Source: Bilabrum cf. latius (lineage: Eukaryota). Taken from it: a stretch of 64,000 nt of DNA. The position numbers and the translations under genes are program-made. Shown here piece after piece: positions 1-9,686 of the stretch. The notes under the pieces were generated by a model that saw nothing but the letters and a program-made list of their open reading frames with translations, was not told the DNA's origin and made no database searches. Location: positions 620,001 to 684,000 of the forward strand of contig OZ237735.1 in the NCBI GenBank assembly GCA_965178125.1. The letters run 5' to 3'. The first letter of the stretch is position 1. Each line of letters opens with the position of its first letter.

Positions 1-117
1 CATCGGTTTTGTCATCAAAAAATTACAATTTATTAAAGGTGATGCTTAATTTTAAATTGGAGCTGTAATTTTGCATTTAACTCTTCGAATGTGTCATAAA
101 CATATATTTGAGAGGGT
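1..117. repeat. Inner part of left terminal inverted repeat of the virophage
   Basis: Exact reverse complement of 26457-26573; the match stops at 118/26456. Confidence 0.95.
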
Positions 118-420
118 AAAATAAAAATATAAAATCAGGAACAAATCGCGACAAATTATATATTTTCTGAATTGTCACGAGCTGGAGAACACAAAAATCA
201 TATTTATAAGTTACGTGCATTTTTATTTTAAAAGTTAAAAATTAAAAGCTATATAGATACACACTCAAAAGCATGTAGATATATATAAAACAATGTCTGG
301 CTAACATGAACAACTCAAAAACAATTGACACATACACTCCAAGGCTATTAAATCCCTATATCGTATCTATATAATTATACACAAGAAAAAAAAAAGCGAA
401 AATAAAAACTATATATTTTT

Positions 421-424
421 TCTA
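421..424 (+). promoter_or_regulatory. TCTA late-promoter motif (representative copy)
   Basis: TCTA in AT-rich context ~13-16 nt upstream of the ATG of genes starting at 438, 1399, 3256, 10250(-), 11350(-), 12341, 13807, 15887, 16520 and 25915. Matches the CroV/mavirus late promoter motif. Confidence 0.75.
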
Positions 425-437
425 ACTATATAATATT

Positions 438-1328
438 ATGAGTCGTAATATTTATTTAACTGGACAATCCAGTGGAGCAAATGGGGCAGCTTCAATTGCT
501 CGTGTAAATGTAAATAGACAAACAGATATTATAAGTGATACTACGGGATGGTTAATTTCAGTAGAACGCTTAATTATGAATAAAATTCTTCTACCCTTAT
601 TTGATCCAAACGCAAATAAACCCACTATATCATTTCAAAATATTAGTTCTGGTGTCGTAACTTCTGAGGTTGTTGATTTTTCGGCATTTGATGACCAAGA
701 CGGATATATTTATGATTATAGAGATGTCGCCTCGGCAATATCAAATACATTTAGTTCTTTATGTTCAACTTTAAGTATTGCAGATGTTCCCATAATGACA
801 TTTAATGTATCAACAAATAAATTTGAAATTGTTTCGGTTGGTGCTTTTAGATCTGCTTGGAAAATTGGATTTAATAATGATCTATTTACTTACATGCCAT
901 CTTTTAATTATGAATCTGTTTTATCATCTCCTTATTATATTGAACTGGCAGAAGACAGAGAAACACAATATACAAGCACACTTGAGCTTATGTCCCCTGT
1001 TTCTAGAATTGTAATTAAATCGAATCTACCAACTGAAAACGAACTTTTACCTCCCCCAATTAACCAATCTGATGCAATCGCTGGATCTTCAGACAGTGCG
1101 GGTTTTCTAGTCGACTTTGATGTCCAACAGTCGAATAATCAGTCTGTTTCACTTATAAAATATAGTGCAAGAGATACTGACCATATATGGCACAATTTTA
1201 AAGAGTCTAGAAATATTAATTCATTCTATCTAGATTTTTATTGGTTTGACTATAATAATGTTGGTCATCCAATCGCATTAAATAAAAATTCACAAATTGA
1301 TATAAAATTATATTTTGTACAACAATAA
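438..1328 (+). CDS. Minor capsid (penton) protein
   Basis: 296 aa, beta-rich, immediately upstream of MCP as in mavirus; TCTA promoter; ends TAA. Confidence 0.75.
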   Translation: MSRNIYLTGQSSGANGAASIARVNVNRQTDIISDTTGWLISVERLIMNKILLPLFDPNANKPTISFQNISSGVVTSEVVDFSAFDDQDGYIYDYRDVASAISNTFSSLCSTLSIADVPIMTFNVSTNKFEIVSVGAFRSAWKIGFNNDLFTYMPSFNYESVLSSPYYIELAEDRETQYTSTLELMSPVSRIVIKSNLPTENELLPPPINQSDAIAGSSDSAGFLVDFDVQQSNNQSVSLIKYSARDTDHIWHNFKESRNINSFYLDFYWFDYNNVGHPIALNKNSQIDIKLYFVQQ

Positions 1329-1398
1329 TAAAAATAATATAAGTTTTAATAATCAATTAGACAAAAATATAATAATTTTTTTCTAATGTTAATTTATT

Positions 1399-3189
1399 AT
1401 GTCAAAATACTATAAAGATGTGGTCGTTATGATGCCATCAAACGAGAAATTTAAAGAGCCAAAAGACGTGATGTTAGGGGCAAGAGCCTCTAATTCTGAG
1501 TCTATAAGACGTGTTATTCCAGCCAGTAATGGCTCACCTGATAAAGGTCAAGCAGGAACAATTGAATTTAATTATAATTTCCCTAAGGGTGTGCAATCTG
1601 TGCCACAACTTCAGGCAGAGCTCACATTGACATTAAGAAAAATTAATAGCGAGGTGATTGCCGATAATAAAGCGTTATTTGGTAAATTCGGAATTAGACA
1701 ATTCGCATTAAATAGACTTATTGATAATGCCAAGGTAGAAATGAATGGGCACGAGTTCAGCTCCAGACCATCACAAACAACAGAGTGTTTTGTAAATTCT
1801 CAACCATTGTCTCAATTGATGCGTTTGTCTGATGCTCCAGCTGGTCAATTTATGACTACCTACACAGATAAATTTATTAATAACTCATTGCGTGAGGGTG
1901 CAAATGCTGTTGATACCGTTTCATCTAACGGGCTCGGGAATAACTGGACTTTCTCAGATGTTGCAGTTACTGCAGATGGTGCAGGTTTTGTAAAAGTTGC
2001 ATTAAAAGTTATCTATAGAGAGGTTATATTAGCTCAACCTTTCCAATACCATAACCCCAATCCAGTACCCTTTAGAAACCTAAAGGACTTCAAGTGTCAA
2101 TTTGACATTAAGGCATTGACTGGCTTGGTTGGTGACTTTTTAGTTGCTGACACAACAGCAGTTGACGCTACAACCACCGTTGAATGTACATCTTCTAAAT
2201 ATAGTTTACTTGTGCACACATGGAATCCAAGCTTAAACCCAATCATTCCTGAAGAAATCGTATATAATGCACCCGAAGTAACTAAGTTGGTTTCTCAATC
2301 TCAAAATATTGTATCTGGTGGTACTGTTACCCAAAGAACAATAGAAACAAGCACATTTGTACTTAATAGTGTACCTACTGCACTTTTCATATATGCTAAA
2401 AGAGAAAAACTAACCGATGGTTTAAGTTATGGACAACCTGATGAATACGCATCAATTAAAAACCTTTCTATCGGAACAGCCCAGAAAGAAGACATCTTTA
2501 GTAACTACACGCAAAGCCAACTTTATGAAATGTCAGCGTCCAACGGATACAACGAAAGGTACGCAAAATTTTCCCAGCAACAAGTGGGTGATGGTATATT
2601 CGGGCTTGGTTCAGTGCTAATTATTAAGCCTTCAGACATTCCTGCGGCATCTCAACAAGCCTTTATTAGTCACGCAAACGAGACATTTACTATGAAAGTT
2701 AAAACTCTATTGGATTGTCCAGTAACTGGAAATTATACACTTAATGTTCTAGCATATTATGACGATCTTGTTTTATTCAATGAAGGTGACAATGGCACTT
2801 ATAAATCTATGAGACCTCTCATTTCTGGTGAAGTATTATCTAAAGCACCCGTTGTATACTCTGAAAATACCGCTCAAGATAACCATATTGTCGGTGGTTT
2901 CTCCTTTAGAGACCTAGGAAACAGCGTTTGGTCAGGCCTTACATGGCTTGGTCGTCAATTACAAAGACCAGAGGTTAAAGCAGTATCTAGAACCCTAAGA
3001 AATTCAGGTCTTGCCCCTCAGGTAGCCGACGGCTCAGCAATTGGCGATTTTGTTTCTAGATTTGGTTATGGAAAAGGTAAGAAAACCACAAAGAAAGGGG
3101 GTGATTTACTAAACATTGGTTCAGGCAAAAGCAAAGGAGGTAAAAAGCTAAGCAAAGCCCAATTAAAAAAAATGCTTGACCAAATGTAA
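1399..3189 (+). CDS. Major capsid protein (double jelly-roll, virophage type)
   Basis: 596 aa, size and position typical of mavirus-like MCP; IVGG di-glycine motif ~96 aa from a basic C-terminus. Confidence 0.85.
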   Translation: MSKYYKDVVVMMPSNEKFKEPKDVMLGARASNSESIRRVIPASNGSPDKGQAGTIEFNYNFPKGVQSVPQLQAELTLTLRKINSEVIADNKALFGKFGIRQFALNRLIDNAKVEMNGHEFSSRPSQTTECFVNSQPLSQLMRLSDAPAGQFMTTYTDKFINNSLREGANAVDTVSSNGLGNNWTFSDVAVTADGAGFVKVALKVIYREVILAQPFQYHNPNPVPFRNLKDFKCQFDIKALTGLVGDFLVADTTAVDATTTVECTSSKYSLLVHTWNPSLNPIIPEEIVYNAPEVTKLVSQSQNIVSGGTVTQRTIETSTFVLNSVPTALFIYAKREKLTDGLSYGQPDEYASIKNLSIGTAQKEDIFSNYTQSQLYEMSASNGYNERYAKFSQQQVGDGIFGLGSVLIIKPSDIPAASQQAFISHANETFTMKVKTLLDCPVTGNYTLNVLAYYDDLVLFNEGDNGTYKSMRPLISGEVLSKAPVVYSENTAQDNHIVGGFSFRDLGNSVWSGLTWLGRQLQRPEVKAVSRTLRNSGLAPQVADGSAIGDFVSRFGYGKGKKTTKKGGDLLNIGSGKSKGGKKLSKAQLKKMLDQM

Positions 3190-3255
3190 ATAGATTAATT
3201 TTATTGTATTAATTAAAAGATTTTAATTTAGATTTATTTCTAAACTAAAATTATT

Positions 3256-4433
3256 ATGACTCCTCCACTTTCGAAAGAACAAAGGGAAATTTTAAGTAAT
3301 ATATATTATGATGAACATTTTTTATTTGGTCGTGATAAATTATATGAATTAGTTAAATCAAGAGGTTACGATATAAGCAGACGACAAATAATGAACTGGT
3401 TAAAATCTCAAGAAAACTATCAATTATACAAACCAATTAAACAAAAGAAAACAGTTCAAGCAACGGTATTAAAAAGACCTTATGAGCAGTTTGCAGTGGA
3501 TTTAGTAAATGTCCAAGATATCGAAAAAATAATAAAAAGTACTTGTTAACTGGCATAGACCTTTTTAGTAAAGAGGGTTTCGCATTTCCTATTAACAATA
3601 AGAAAAAAGAAACCGTATCAAAAGCATTAAAATTAATGATTGGACAATTAAATAAAAAACCATCAATTATTAGATCTGATAATGGGAGTGAATTTAAAAA
3701 TTCGGTTATGACTAAAATGTTAAAAAAAGAAGGAATAAAACAAGTATTCAGTAATCCCTATTCACCCGAGTCAAACGGTGGTATTGAACGTTTTAATGGT
3801 ACTCTAAAACGCATGATCAATAAGTCTTTACAGCTTAATAAAGATTGGGTTAATCTTATTTGGGATCTTGTAGATGCTTATAATAATTCTAAATCAAGAA
3901 TAACTAAATTTACGCCAAATGAAATTATTAAAAATAAAAAGTTATGGGAACAGGTTTATAAAAATACTAGAAAAGAAGCAAAAAATAAATTAGTGAATGA
4001 AAGTCATATATTAAAAAAAGGGGATAAAGTAAGAATGGCAAACCTTGAGGATAATTTAAACAGAGGTCAAAATTTCAGTAAAATAATATATGAAATTCAA
4101 GAAGTATACAAACCAAAGAAAACTTATAGTGTGCCTTCATATAAAATTAAAGGATTAAAAGGTAGATATTATAATGAAGATCTGCAAAAAATTAAATATG
4201 TAATGAATGAGCAAAAAGAAGAACAAAAATGGGTTATTTCAAAATTACTTAAACCTACATACAGAGATGGCGAACCTAGTTATTATGTTCTATGGAAGGG
4301 TTATAAAACGCCTACAATAGAGCCAAGAAAGAATTTAATGGAAGATGTTCCTAAAATGGTTAGAACTTATGAACGTTTATATTCTGTGAAATGGTATCCA
4401 AAAACTGAAACCTTTGACTTTGATTTAAGATGA
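3256..4433 (+). CDS. rve-family DDE integrase with C-terminal chromodomain, split by a 1-nt frameshift at ~3524-3529
   Basis: FAVDL (D1) lies in the first frame; IRSDNGSEF (D2) and SNGGIERFN (E) lie in the second. Chromodomain-like YYVLWKGY...EP. Adding one A to the A6 run joins the frames (EKNNKKYLLTGID). Confidence 0.9.
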
Positions 4434-5366
4434 ATTCAATTTATTCATGCAATTTAATAATATTTTTATTTGTTCCTGTTTTGACTTATCATTAATCATT
4501 GATAATATGGCGTCTTCTGGTTTTTTATCATTATTATTAGATTGACAATATTTAGTATATGTTAACATTTGAGTGCTTGGTGAATTTCCCATAACACGGG
4601 CTAAGTCTTCTCTTTCATCATTAGTAAATAATGTTCCTTTATTCATTTTCTCACTAATATAAACATTTCTAAAATCATTAATAGAAACTTTATTTTTAAA
4701 AATCTTGTTTAATATTTTTGTTATACTGGATTGGTCATTTTTTTTATTTGGATTCTTAAATGGAGATAAAACATATTCACATTTATATTTTTCTTTAAAA
4801 TGCTTACAGTAATATATTATACTATCTGGAACTTTAATATATTTGACACCATTTGACTTTTTAGTTTTATGATCGTATATGTGGAGCTCTTTTTCATCTA
4901 GTAATAATTTATTTTCTTCTTCGTGGTTGTCAGTATCTAATATTTTCGTTGTTAACCATTCCGTGACTCTAAGAGGTGGCATATATGCGTAAAGAGATAA
5001 AAGCCATGCTCTATATTCATTCATTTTATTATTATTGCCTCCTTCAATTTCTTTTAATTTCTTTTCAATATCAAAATATTTAAAACCTTTGATATGTTCC
5101 TTGGCATTTTTATTATAATATTTGTTGTTTTTTTTCAATTCAATTAATTGTTTATTTAATGTTTCATCATAATGTTTATTTATTGCCTTACAAACTGTTA
5201 TATATTTATGTAAAAAACTAGATTGGTTACTTTGTGGTACATCTTTTAAGTATTCCATTATTGGTTTATCTTGTTTCTCTATTTTTTCATAGATTCTAAT
5301 ATAATCATTTATGCTTTTTTCGGCAAGATTGGGCTTTATATTTTGTATTTTTTCATAAAAAGACAT
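4425..5366 (-). CDS. Tyrosine recombinase-like protein
   Basis: PPLRVTEW (R), HKTKK (K), INDFRNVYIS, LARVMGNS...LTY (catalytic Y) pattern. Confidence 0.75.
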   Translation of the reverse strand: MSFYEKIQNIKPNLAEKSINDYIRIYEKIEKQDKPIMEYLKDVPQSNQSSFLHKYITVCKAINKHYDETLNKQLIELKKNNKYYNKNAKEHIKGFKYFDIEKKLKEIEGGNNNKMNEYRAWLLSLYAYMPPLRVTEWLTTKILDTDNHEEENKLLLDEKELHIYDHKTKKSNGVKYIKVPDSIIYYCKHFKEKYKCEYVLSPFKNPNKKNDQSSITKILNKIFKNKVSINDFRNVYISEKMNKGTLFTNDEREDLARVMGNSPSTQMLTYTKYCQSNNNDKKPEDAILSMINDKSKQEQIKILLNCMNKLNSS

Positions 5367-5428
5367 TCTTTATATAATATATGCTTATATAAAAAATATT
5401 GTTTAAATGCGTTTTAAACTGTTAATAT

Positions 5429-6085
5429 TTATGTTTTTTTTGTGTGGCAAGAATAACAGCGATAATAATTAGAATCCTTTTTTATTGTGTACTTATTACA
5501 ATCAATGCATTTTTCTTTTCCTGTTTTCTTTGTCATGTAACAATCAAAACATCTTAATTTATATTGACTTTTCGGTATCCAATCCCTACAATCTAGACAT
5601 TTTTGGTTATATTTAAACATCATATTATTTTCTTGGTGTTTATCACTTTGACAATGTGTCACATATGAACCTCTTTTTAATACAGAATCGCATTTTTCAC
5701 ATTTTACGAGCATGGTGTTTTTGTGCACTGATGAATTCATTGGAAATAGCCCAGTTATGCATGTACTACCAATCATAAAATATTTTTCTGGTTTTTGCTT
5801 TTCAAATACTAAATAAGGATATTTTAATTGCTTACCACATACACAAAAATATGTGGTCTCCATTCCTTGCTCATTTTTTTTTGATAAAACCAAGTTTCGT
5901 TTGTAATTATAGCATTGCTTGTAAAGTTTTTTAGCCATGCTCTTAATTTCTTTTTCAGATGTCATATTATTGTAATTAATAGAATCGAAATTTTCAGTAT
6001 CAAATTTTTTATCTGAATTTTTCTCAATATAATCTAAACACTTTTTGAGACAAATAGTTTTATTATCTTTTGCTTTTTTACACAT
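5429..6085 (-). CDS. Cys-rich multi-zinc-finger protein
   Basis: CVCG...GSTCI, CEKC...HCQSDKH and four further CxxC pairs. Confidence 0.7.
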   Translation of the reverse strand: MCKKAKDNKTICLKKCLDYIEKNSDKKFDTENFDSINYNNMTSEKEIKSMAKKLYKQCYNYKRNLVLSKKNEQGMETTYFCVCGKQLKYPYLVFEKQKPEKYFMIGSTCITGLFPMNSSVHKNTMLVKCEKCDSVLKRGSYVTHCQSDKHQENNMMFKYNQKCLDCRDWIPKSQYKLRCFDCYMTKKTGKEKCIDCNKYTIKKDSNYYRCYSCHTKKT

Positions 6086-6112
6086 GTATATTGATACATA
6101 CGAAAAAAATGT

Positions 6113-6330
6113 TTAAGTGGTTTCAGTATTTTTTATACCTTTTTTCCTTCTAGTTTGTGCGTTTTCTCTATTGATTTTTCTTAATTTTTCTTTATGTGCT
6201 TCATAATAACGTTTATTCTGTATCCTTTTTAGTTCCTGTTTACTTGGTGAATATTCAAACTCTTTTAATTGTTCCAGAGTAATGTTAAGTTTTTTTAAAA
6301 TATCACTATCAAGATCTATAATGAACTTTT
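6113..6330 (-). pseudogene. Small basic virophage ORF (~72 codons) decapitated by an Ngaro repeat insertion
   Basis: Open frame KFIIDLDSDILKKLNITLEQLKEFEY...KNTETT-TAA with no ATG. Its TCTA promoter (tatctatactaaattt on - strand) lies on the far side of the insert at ~6505-6520. Confidence 0.6.
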
Positions 6331-6499
6331 TGATCCTAACGCCGGATGGGGTTCGGTGTTGATGCCAGAGTGGGAGCGCGTGAACGTCTCGTTGGGTTCC
6401 GATGGCGGTTGCGACCGGGAAGGTGCGACCAAGCCAACGGATTGCTTGCGATGACGCGCATACCCTCTCTGTGTTCAGGAGAGGGGCGGAGATTGGGTA
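6331..6499 (+). repeat. Solo (3'-truncated) A repeat of the Ngaro element
   Basis: Matches 19204-19372 and 25532-25700 (tgatcctaacgccggatgg...gattgggta); no B repeat follows. Confidence 0.95.
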
Positions 6500-6542
6500 C
6501 TTTTAAATTTAGTATAGATAATTTTTTAAGTATATTAAGTAT

Positions 6543-9044
6543 TTAAAAATCTAATGCGTTCTTTTTGTTTCTAATGATTGTTTTCTTTTTTGCTACTATT
6601 TCTTCACCATGATATTCTAACAACCAATTTTTATTTTTGCATATCTTCATTATCTCACTGGGGATAAATGATAATTGTCTTGATGTCTTGGTTCTCTTTT
6701 CAACAATTCCAAAATGTGTTTCAAGATCATTATAAAATTCTGATTTATTTAATTTCTTATTGCTTAGATTATATTCTTCCTCAATGTATTCTTTAAATTT
6801 CTCGAATAAACTAGTTTTATTTGTAATGTATTTTTTAGTGTAACTTGTTGATTTCCAATATTCGGGGTAATCTTCATCAACAACATCAACTTCATCATCA
6901 GCTTCAAACTGGCAAGTTTCAACAAAATTAATAAGAAATTGAATTTTTTTATTTACACATCTCATCATTAACTTACGGTATGCTTTGGTAATTGGTCTTT
7001 CTTTCTGGAAATTATTTATTTGAATATCATAAGTGCCTAGATGATAATATACAGCATCACAAAATGATTTATGATGTTCTTTATTTGGACCATATGCCTC
7101 ATAAAAATTCTCAAAGAAATATTCAGTTTTTTCATTTGGTTTAAAAGAATCAAAAACAACAAATCGACGTTCTCCAGTCATTGAATCAATATAAACGGGT
7201 ACTTTTTTATTTGATACAAATAATAACCTTGTATAATTTAATGCTGACACTTTATTTTTGTTTTTAAATTCATAATGCCATGTGTTGGATGTTGTAAATT
7301 GTTTAATTCTTCCTGTTAAGTCACTTCCTTCTTCTGATTCTTCAAGATTGAATAATAATTTACCCATTAAGTAACCATTAAAGCCGTCATATAATACACG
7401 ACCCGATGCCTCACTTAAAATTTTATCTTTACTAAATATCCATGTTAATATTTCGGTTATACTTGATTTACCGCTTCCTTGGTCACCTGTTACAATAACG
7501 GAGGTTGACGTTTCTTTTTTGGTTGGGTTTTGTATCATATCAGCTAACCACTGAATCATATAACTAACAAATCCCTTATTATTGTTATCATCACCAAGAG
7601 CATAACCAATTAATTTATATAAATGTTTTATGTATGTGTCATAATTTTCTGGTTTCTTTGGTATTTCTGGTAGAGGAACATGCATATTAAAATTATTTTC
7701 TTCAATGCTCTTTTCAATATCATTACCAAGATATACTCCAACGCTGTCATAAATATGTCTATTAGTATCAAATGCATATTTCTTAAGAAAGGGTAGCCAT
7801 ACTTCAATATCATTCCCATCTTCATCTTTTTGATTGTTTCCCAATTTATCTTTTTTAATAATTTTATAGTTAGCACCATTAATAAGTGTTGCTAGTTTAG
7901 AAGGTTCATAAGAATAACAATATTTATAAGATTTTTCATAATAGCAGTTTGCAGATTTAACATATCCAAAAAACATTTCAAAATATGTTTTCATTGTTTC
8001 GTAATTCTCAAGTTTCGACATAAATTTAAGGTCGAATTGTTTCATTGCTTTATTGTTTACTGAATAACTAGAAAGATCGACCCCGAAGGTTTCCATTTCC
8101 TTACAAATATATTTTATATCTAAATCAAGATTGGTTTTAATGTCATGCTCAACCTTCTTAATTAATTTAGTTAATTCTTTTTCAATATTAGAATCTTTAC
8201 TAAAAGAAGAATGATAAACATTTAACCCATCGTGCACAATTGCATTAACCTTAAATTCAGATTCTTTGATATGTCTTTCAAGTGTATCTATGCATTTTCT
8301 TTCATATTTGAATAAAAGTTTACATAAAAATGCTCCTTTCTTGTTCTTCTTATCACCTTTTTCAATTGATTTTTTTAATTCTTCACCATCGAACAACTCC
8401 GCATTTTTCCATACATAATTTTGAATCTTGCGAGATTCTAAAGCAAAATCAATTATAAAATCTAACATTTCACCATCAAGTTCTTTTTTATCTTTTTTGA
8501 ATTTCAAGTTATCAAAATCAATTTTATCAAAATCATTATCTTCAATCCATGTTTGAATAGAACCGCCAAATAATAGACATTGAAAGACTTGTTTTACTTG
8601 ACCCCTGTTTAATGTTACATCATTTTTTTTGAATTCTTCAATGATGCTTTTAATAACATCTTTACGGTTCTTGCAGTAATGGGATAATTTAGGGGTTTTT
8701 AATTTCTTCAATAGAGAATTAAGAATTGAAGGGCATGAGTTGACAATATCAACGTCATAGCAAAAATCAGCAATTAATATATTTCTAATGGTTGCATCAA
8801 TAGTTTGTAATGAAATACCTTTTGTGTATCTTCGGCCTTCTGATTCTGTGTAAGTTGTTGGAATTTTTCCATATTTGTCATTGTATATTAAACACTTACT
8901 AAGCATTTTTCCAACTTTACCATAACATTCTTTTAAATATTCCTTTCTTGACTTCATCCATTCATTTTTAGATAAGGCAGAGGTAAAGGCTAATTTTACG
9001 AGGTTGTCATAATTGACTAATTCGGATCTTACGAAAGCAGACAT
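6543..9044 (-). CDS. PolA-like (TVpol) primase-polymerase fused to SF3/D5-like helicase
   Basis: Family-A-like motifs DVDIVNSCPSIL (A), RGQVKQVFQCLLFGG (B), AIVHDGL (C). Walker A GDQGSGKS, Walker B LFNLEE, sensor LLFVSN. Confidence 0.8.
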   Translation of the reverse strand: MSAFVRSELVNYDNLVKLAFTSALSKNEWMKSRKEYLKECYGKVGKMLSKCLIYNDKYGKIPTTYTESEGRRYTKGISLQTIDATIRNILIADFCYDVDIVNSCPSILNSLLKKLKTPKLSHYCKNRKDVIKSIIEEFKKNDVTLNRGQVKQVFQCLLFGGSIQTWIEDNDFDKIDFDNLKFKKDKKELDGEMLDFIIDFALESRKIQNYVWKNAELFDGEELKKSIEKGDKKNKKGAFLCKLLFKYERKCIDTLERHIKESEFKVNAIVHDGLNVYHSSFSKDSNIEKELTKLIKKVEHDIKTNLDLDIKYICKEMETFGVDLSSYSVNNKAMKQFDLKFMSKLENYETMKTYFEMFFGYVKSANCYYEKSYKYCYSYEPSKLATLINGANYKIIKKDKLGNNQKDEDGNDIEVWLPFLKKYAFDTNRHIYDSVGVYLGNDIEKSIEENNFNMHVPLPEIPKKPENYDTYIKHLYKLIGYALGDDNNNKGFVSYMIQWLADMIQNPTKKETSTSVIVTGDQGSGKSSITEILTWIFSKDKILSEASGRVLYDGFNGYLMGKLLFNLEESEEGSDLTGRIKQFTTSNTWHYEFKNKNKVSALNYTRLLFVSNKKVPVYIDSMTGERRFVVFDSFKPNEKTEYFFENFYEAYGPNKEHHKSFCDAVYYHLGTYDIQINNFQKERPITKAYRKLMMRCVNKKIQFLINFVETCQFEADDEVDVVDEDYPEYWKSTSYTKKYITNKTSLFEKFKEYIEEEYNLSNKKLNKSEFYNDLETHFGIVEKRTKTSRQLSFIPSEIMKICKNKNWLLEYHGEEIVAKKKTIIRNKKNALDF

Positions 9045-9192
9045 AATATATTATATAATTCTATATTATTTTTATTATTTTAAGTGCGTTTTTTCTTAAA
9101 AATACACTTAAAAAACTTAAAAGGTGACATTGAATATTTGAATTAAAAAATTTGTCATTCATAAAAAAAGTATAATAGTATCCTAATAATGG

Positions 9193-9484
9193 TAATGCTA
9201 ACGCCGAATGGGGTTCGGGGTTGATGTGGCGATGCGTTCGAGACTCGAACACAGGCTCCGGTCTACCAACGCGAGGTTGCAACCGCCAGTGCGACCAGCA
9301 GCTTGCGAGGCATTCCCTCGTCTCCTTCCTTAGGGAAGGGGGCGGGGCAGCGCGGCAGTGGCCGTTCCGGCTCATGCCGTTGTTTTGTTCCAACCGACGT
9401 CGGCGCGCGGTCTGCTCAGATTGGCCATGCTTTGCCCATGTCTTGATTGAACTGGAGACGAAGTGTGTCGAGTAAGCATCGTTA
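9193..9484 (+). repeat. Solo A-B repeat of a second, diverged Ngaro family (ends approximate)
   Basis: GC-rich island. Its start ctaacgccgaatggggttcggggttgatg resembles the A-repeat start; its end ttgcccatgtcttgattg...gagac...gcatc resembles the B-repeat end. Confidence 0.7.
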
Positions 9485-9561
9485 CATCATTATTATATAA
9501 AATATTTAGTATTAATATTAATTTAATTTTAATTATCCCTCTATATTACTTTTTTTTGGAA

Positions 9562-9678
9562 AGGGTGACAAAAGCGGTGACAAAACGTGATTTTTGAGGT
9601 CTCAGAAAATTTTATTTTTTGAAATCATATTTTTATTGGACTTGGAAATTCTGATTTTGTCACCGCTTTTGTCACCCT
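9562..9678. repeat. 24-bp perfect inverted repeat with tandem GTGACAAAA units; internal diverged copy of a TIR segment
   Basis: agggtgacaaaagcggtgacaaaa (9562-9585) / ttttgtcaccgcttttgtcaccct (9655-9678). The whole module is similar to the reverse complement of 26558-26672. Confidence 0.9.
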
Positions 9679-9686
9679 AAAATATT

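Noticed and set aside
3188-3240. AT-rich intergenic hairpins as transcription terminators
   Set aside because: Pairing is imperfect and not distinguishable by eye from AT-rich background.
6325-6504. ACTTTT flanking the solo A repeat as a target-site duplication
   Set aside because: YR elements make no TSD and the full element has none. The right copy overlaps the repeat's own gggtaattttt end, so microhomology or chance is more likely.
6346-6546. ORFs within Ngaro repeats (also 9061-9475, 25473-25868)
   Set aside because: By-products of GC-rich non-coding repeats.
9562-9678. CRISPR-like or MIMIVIRE-like repeat array
   Set aside because: Only two units per arm in inverted arrangement; no repeat-spacer periodicity anywhere in the window.
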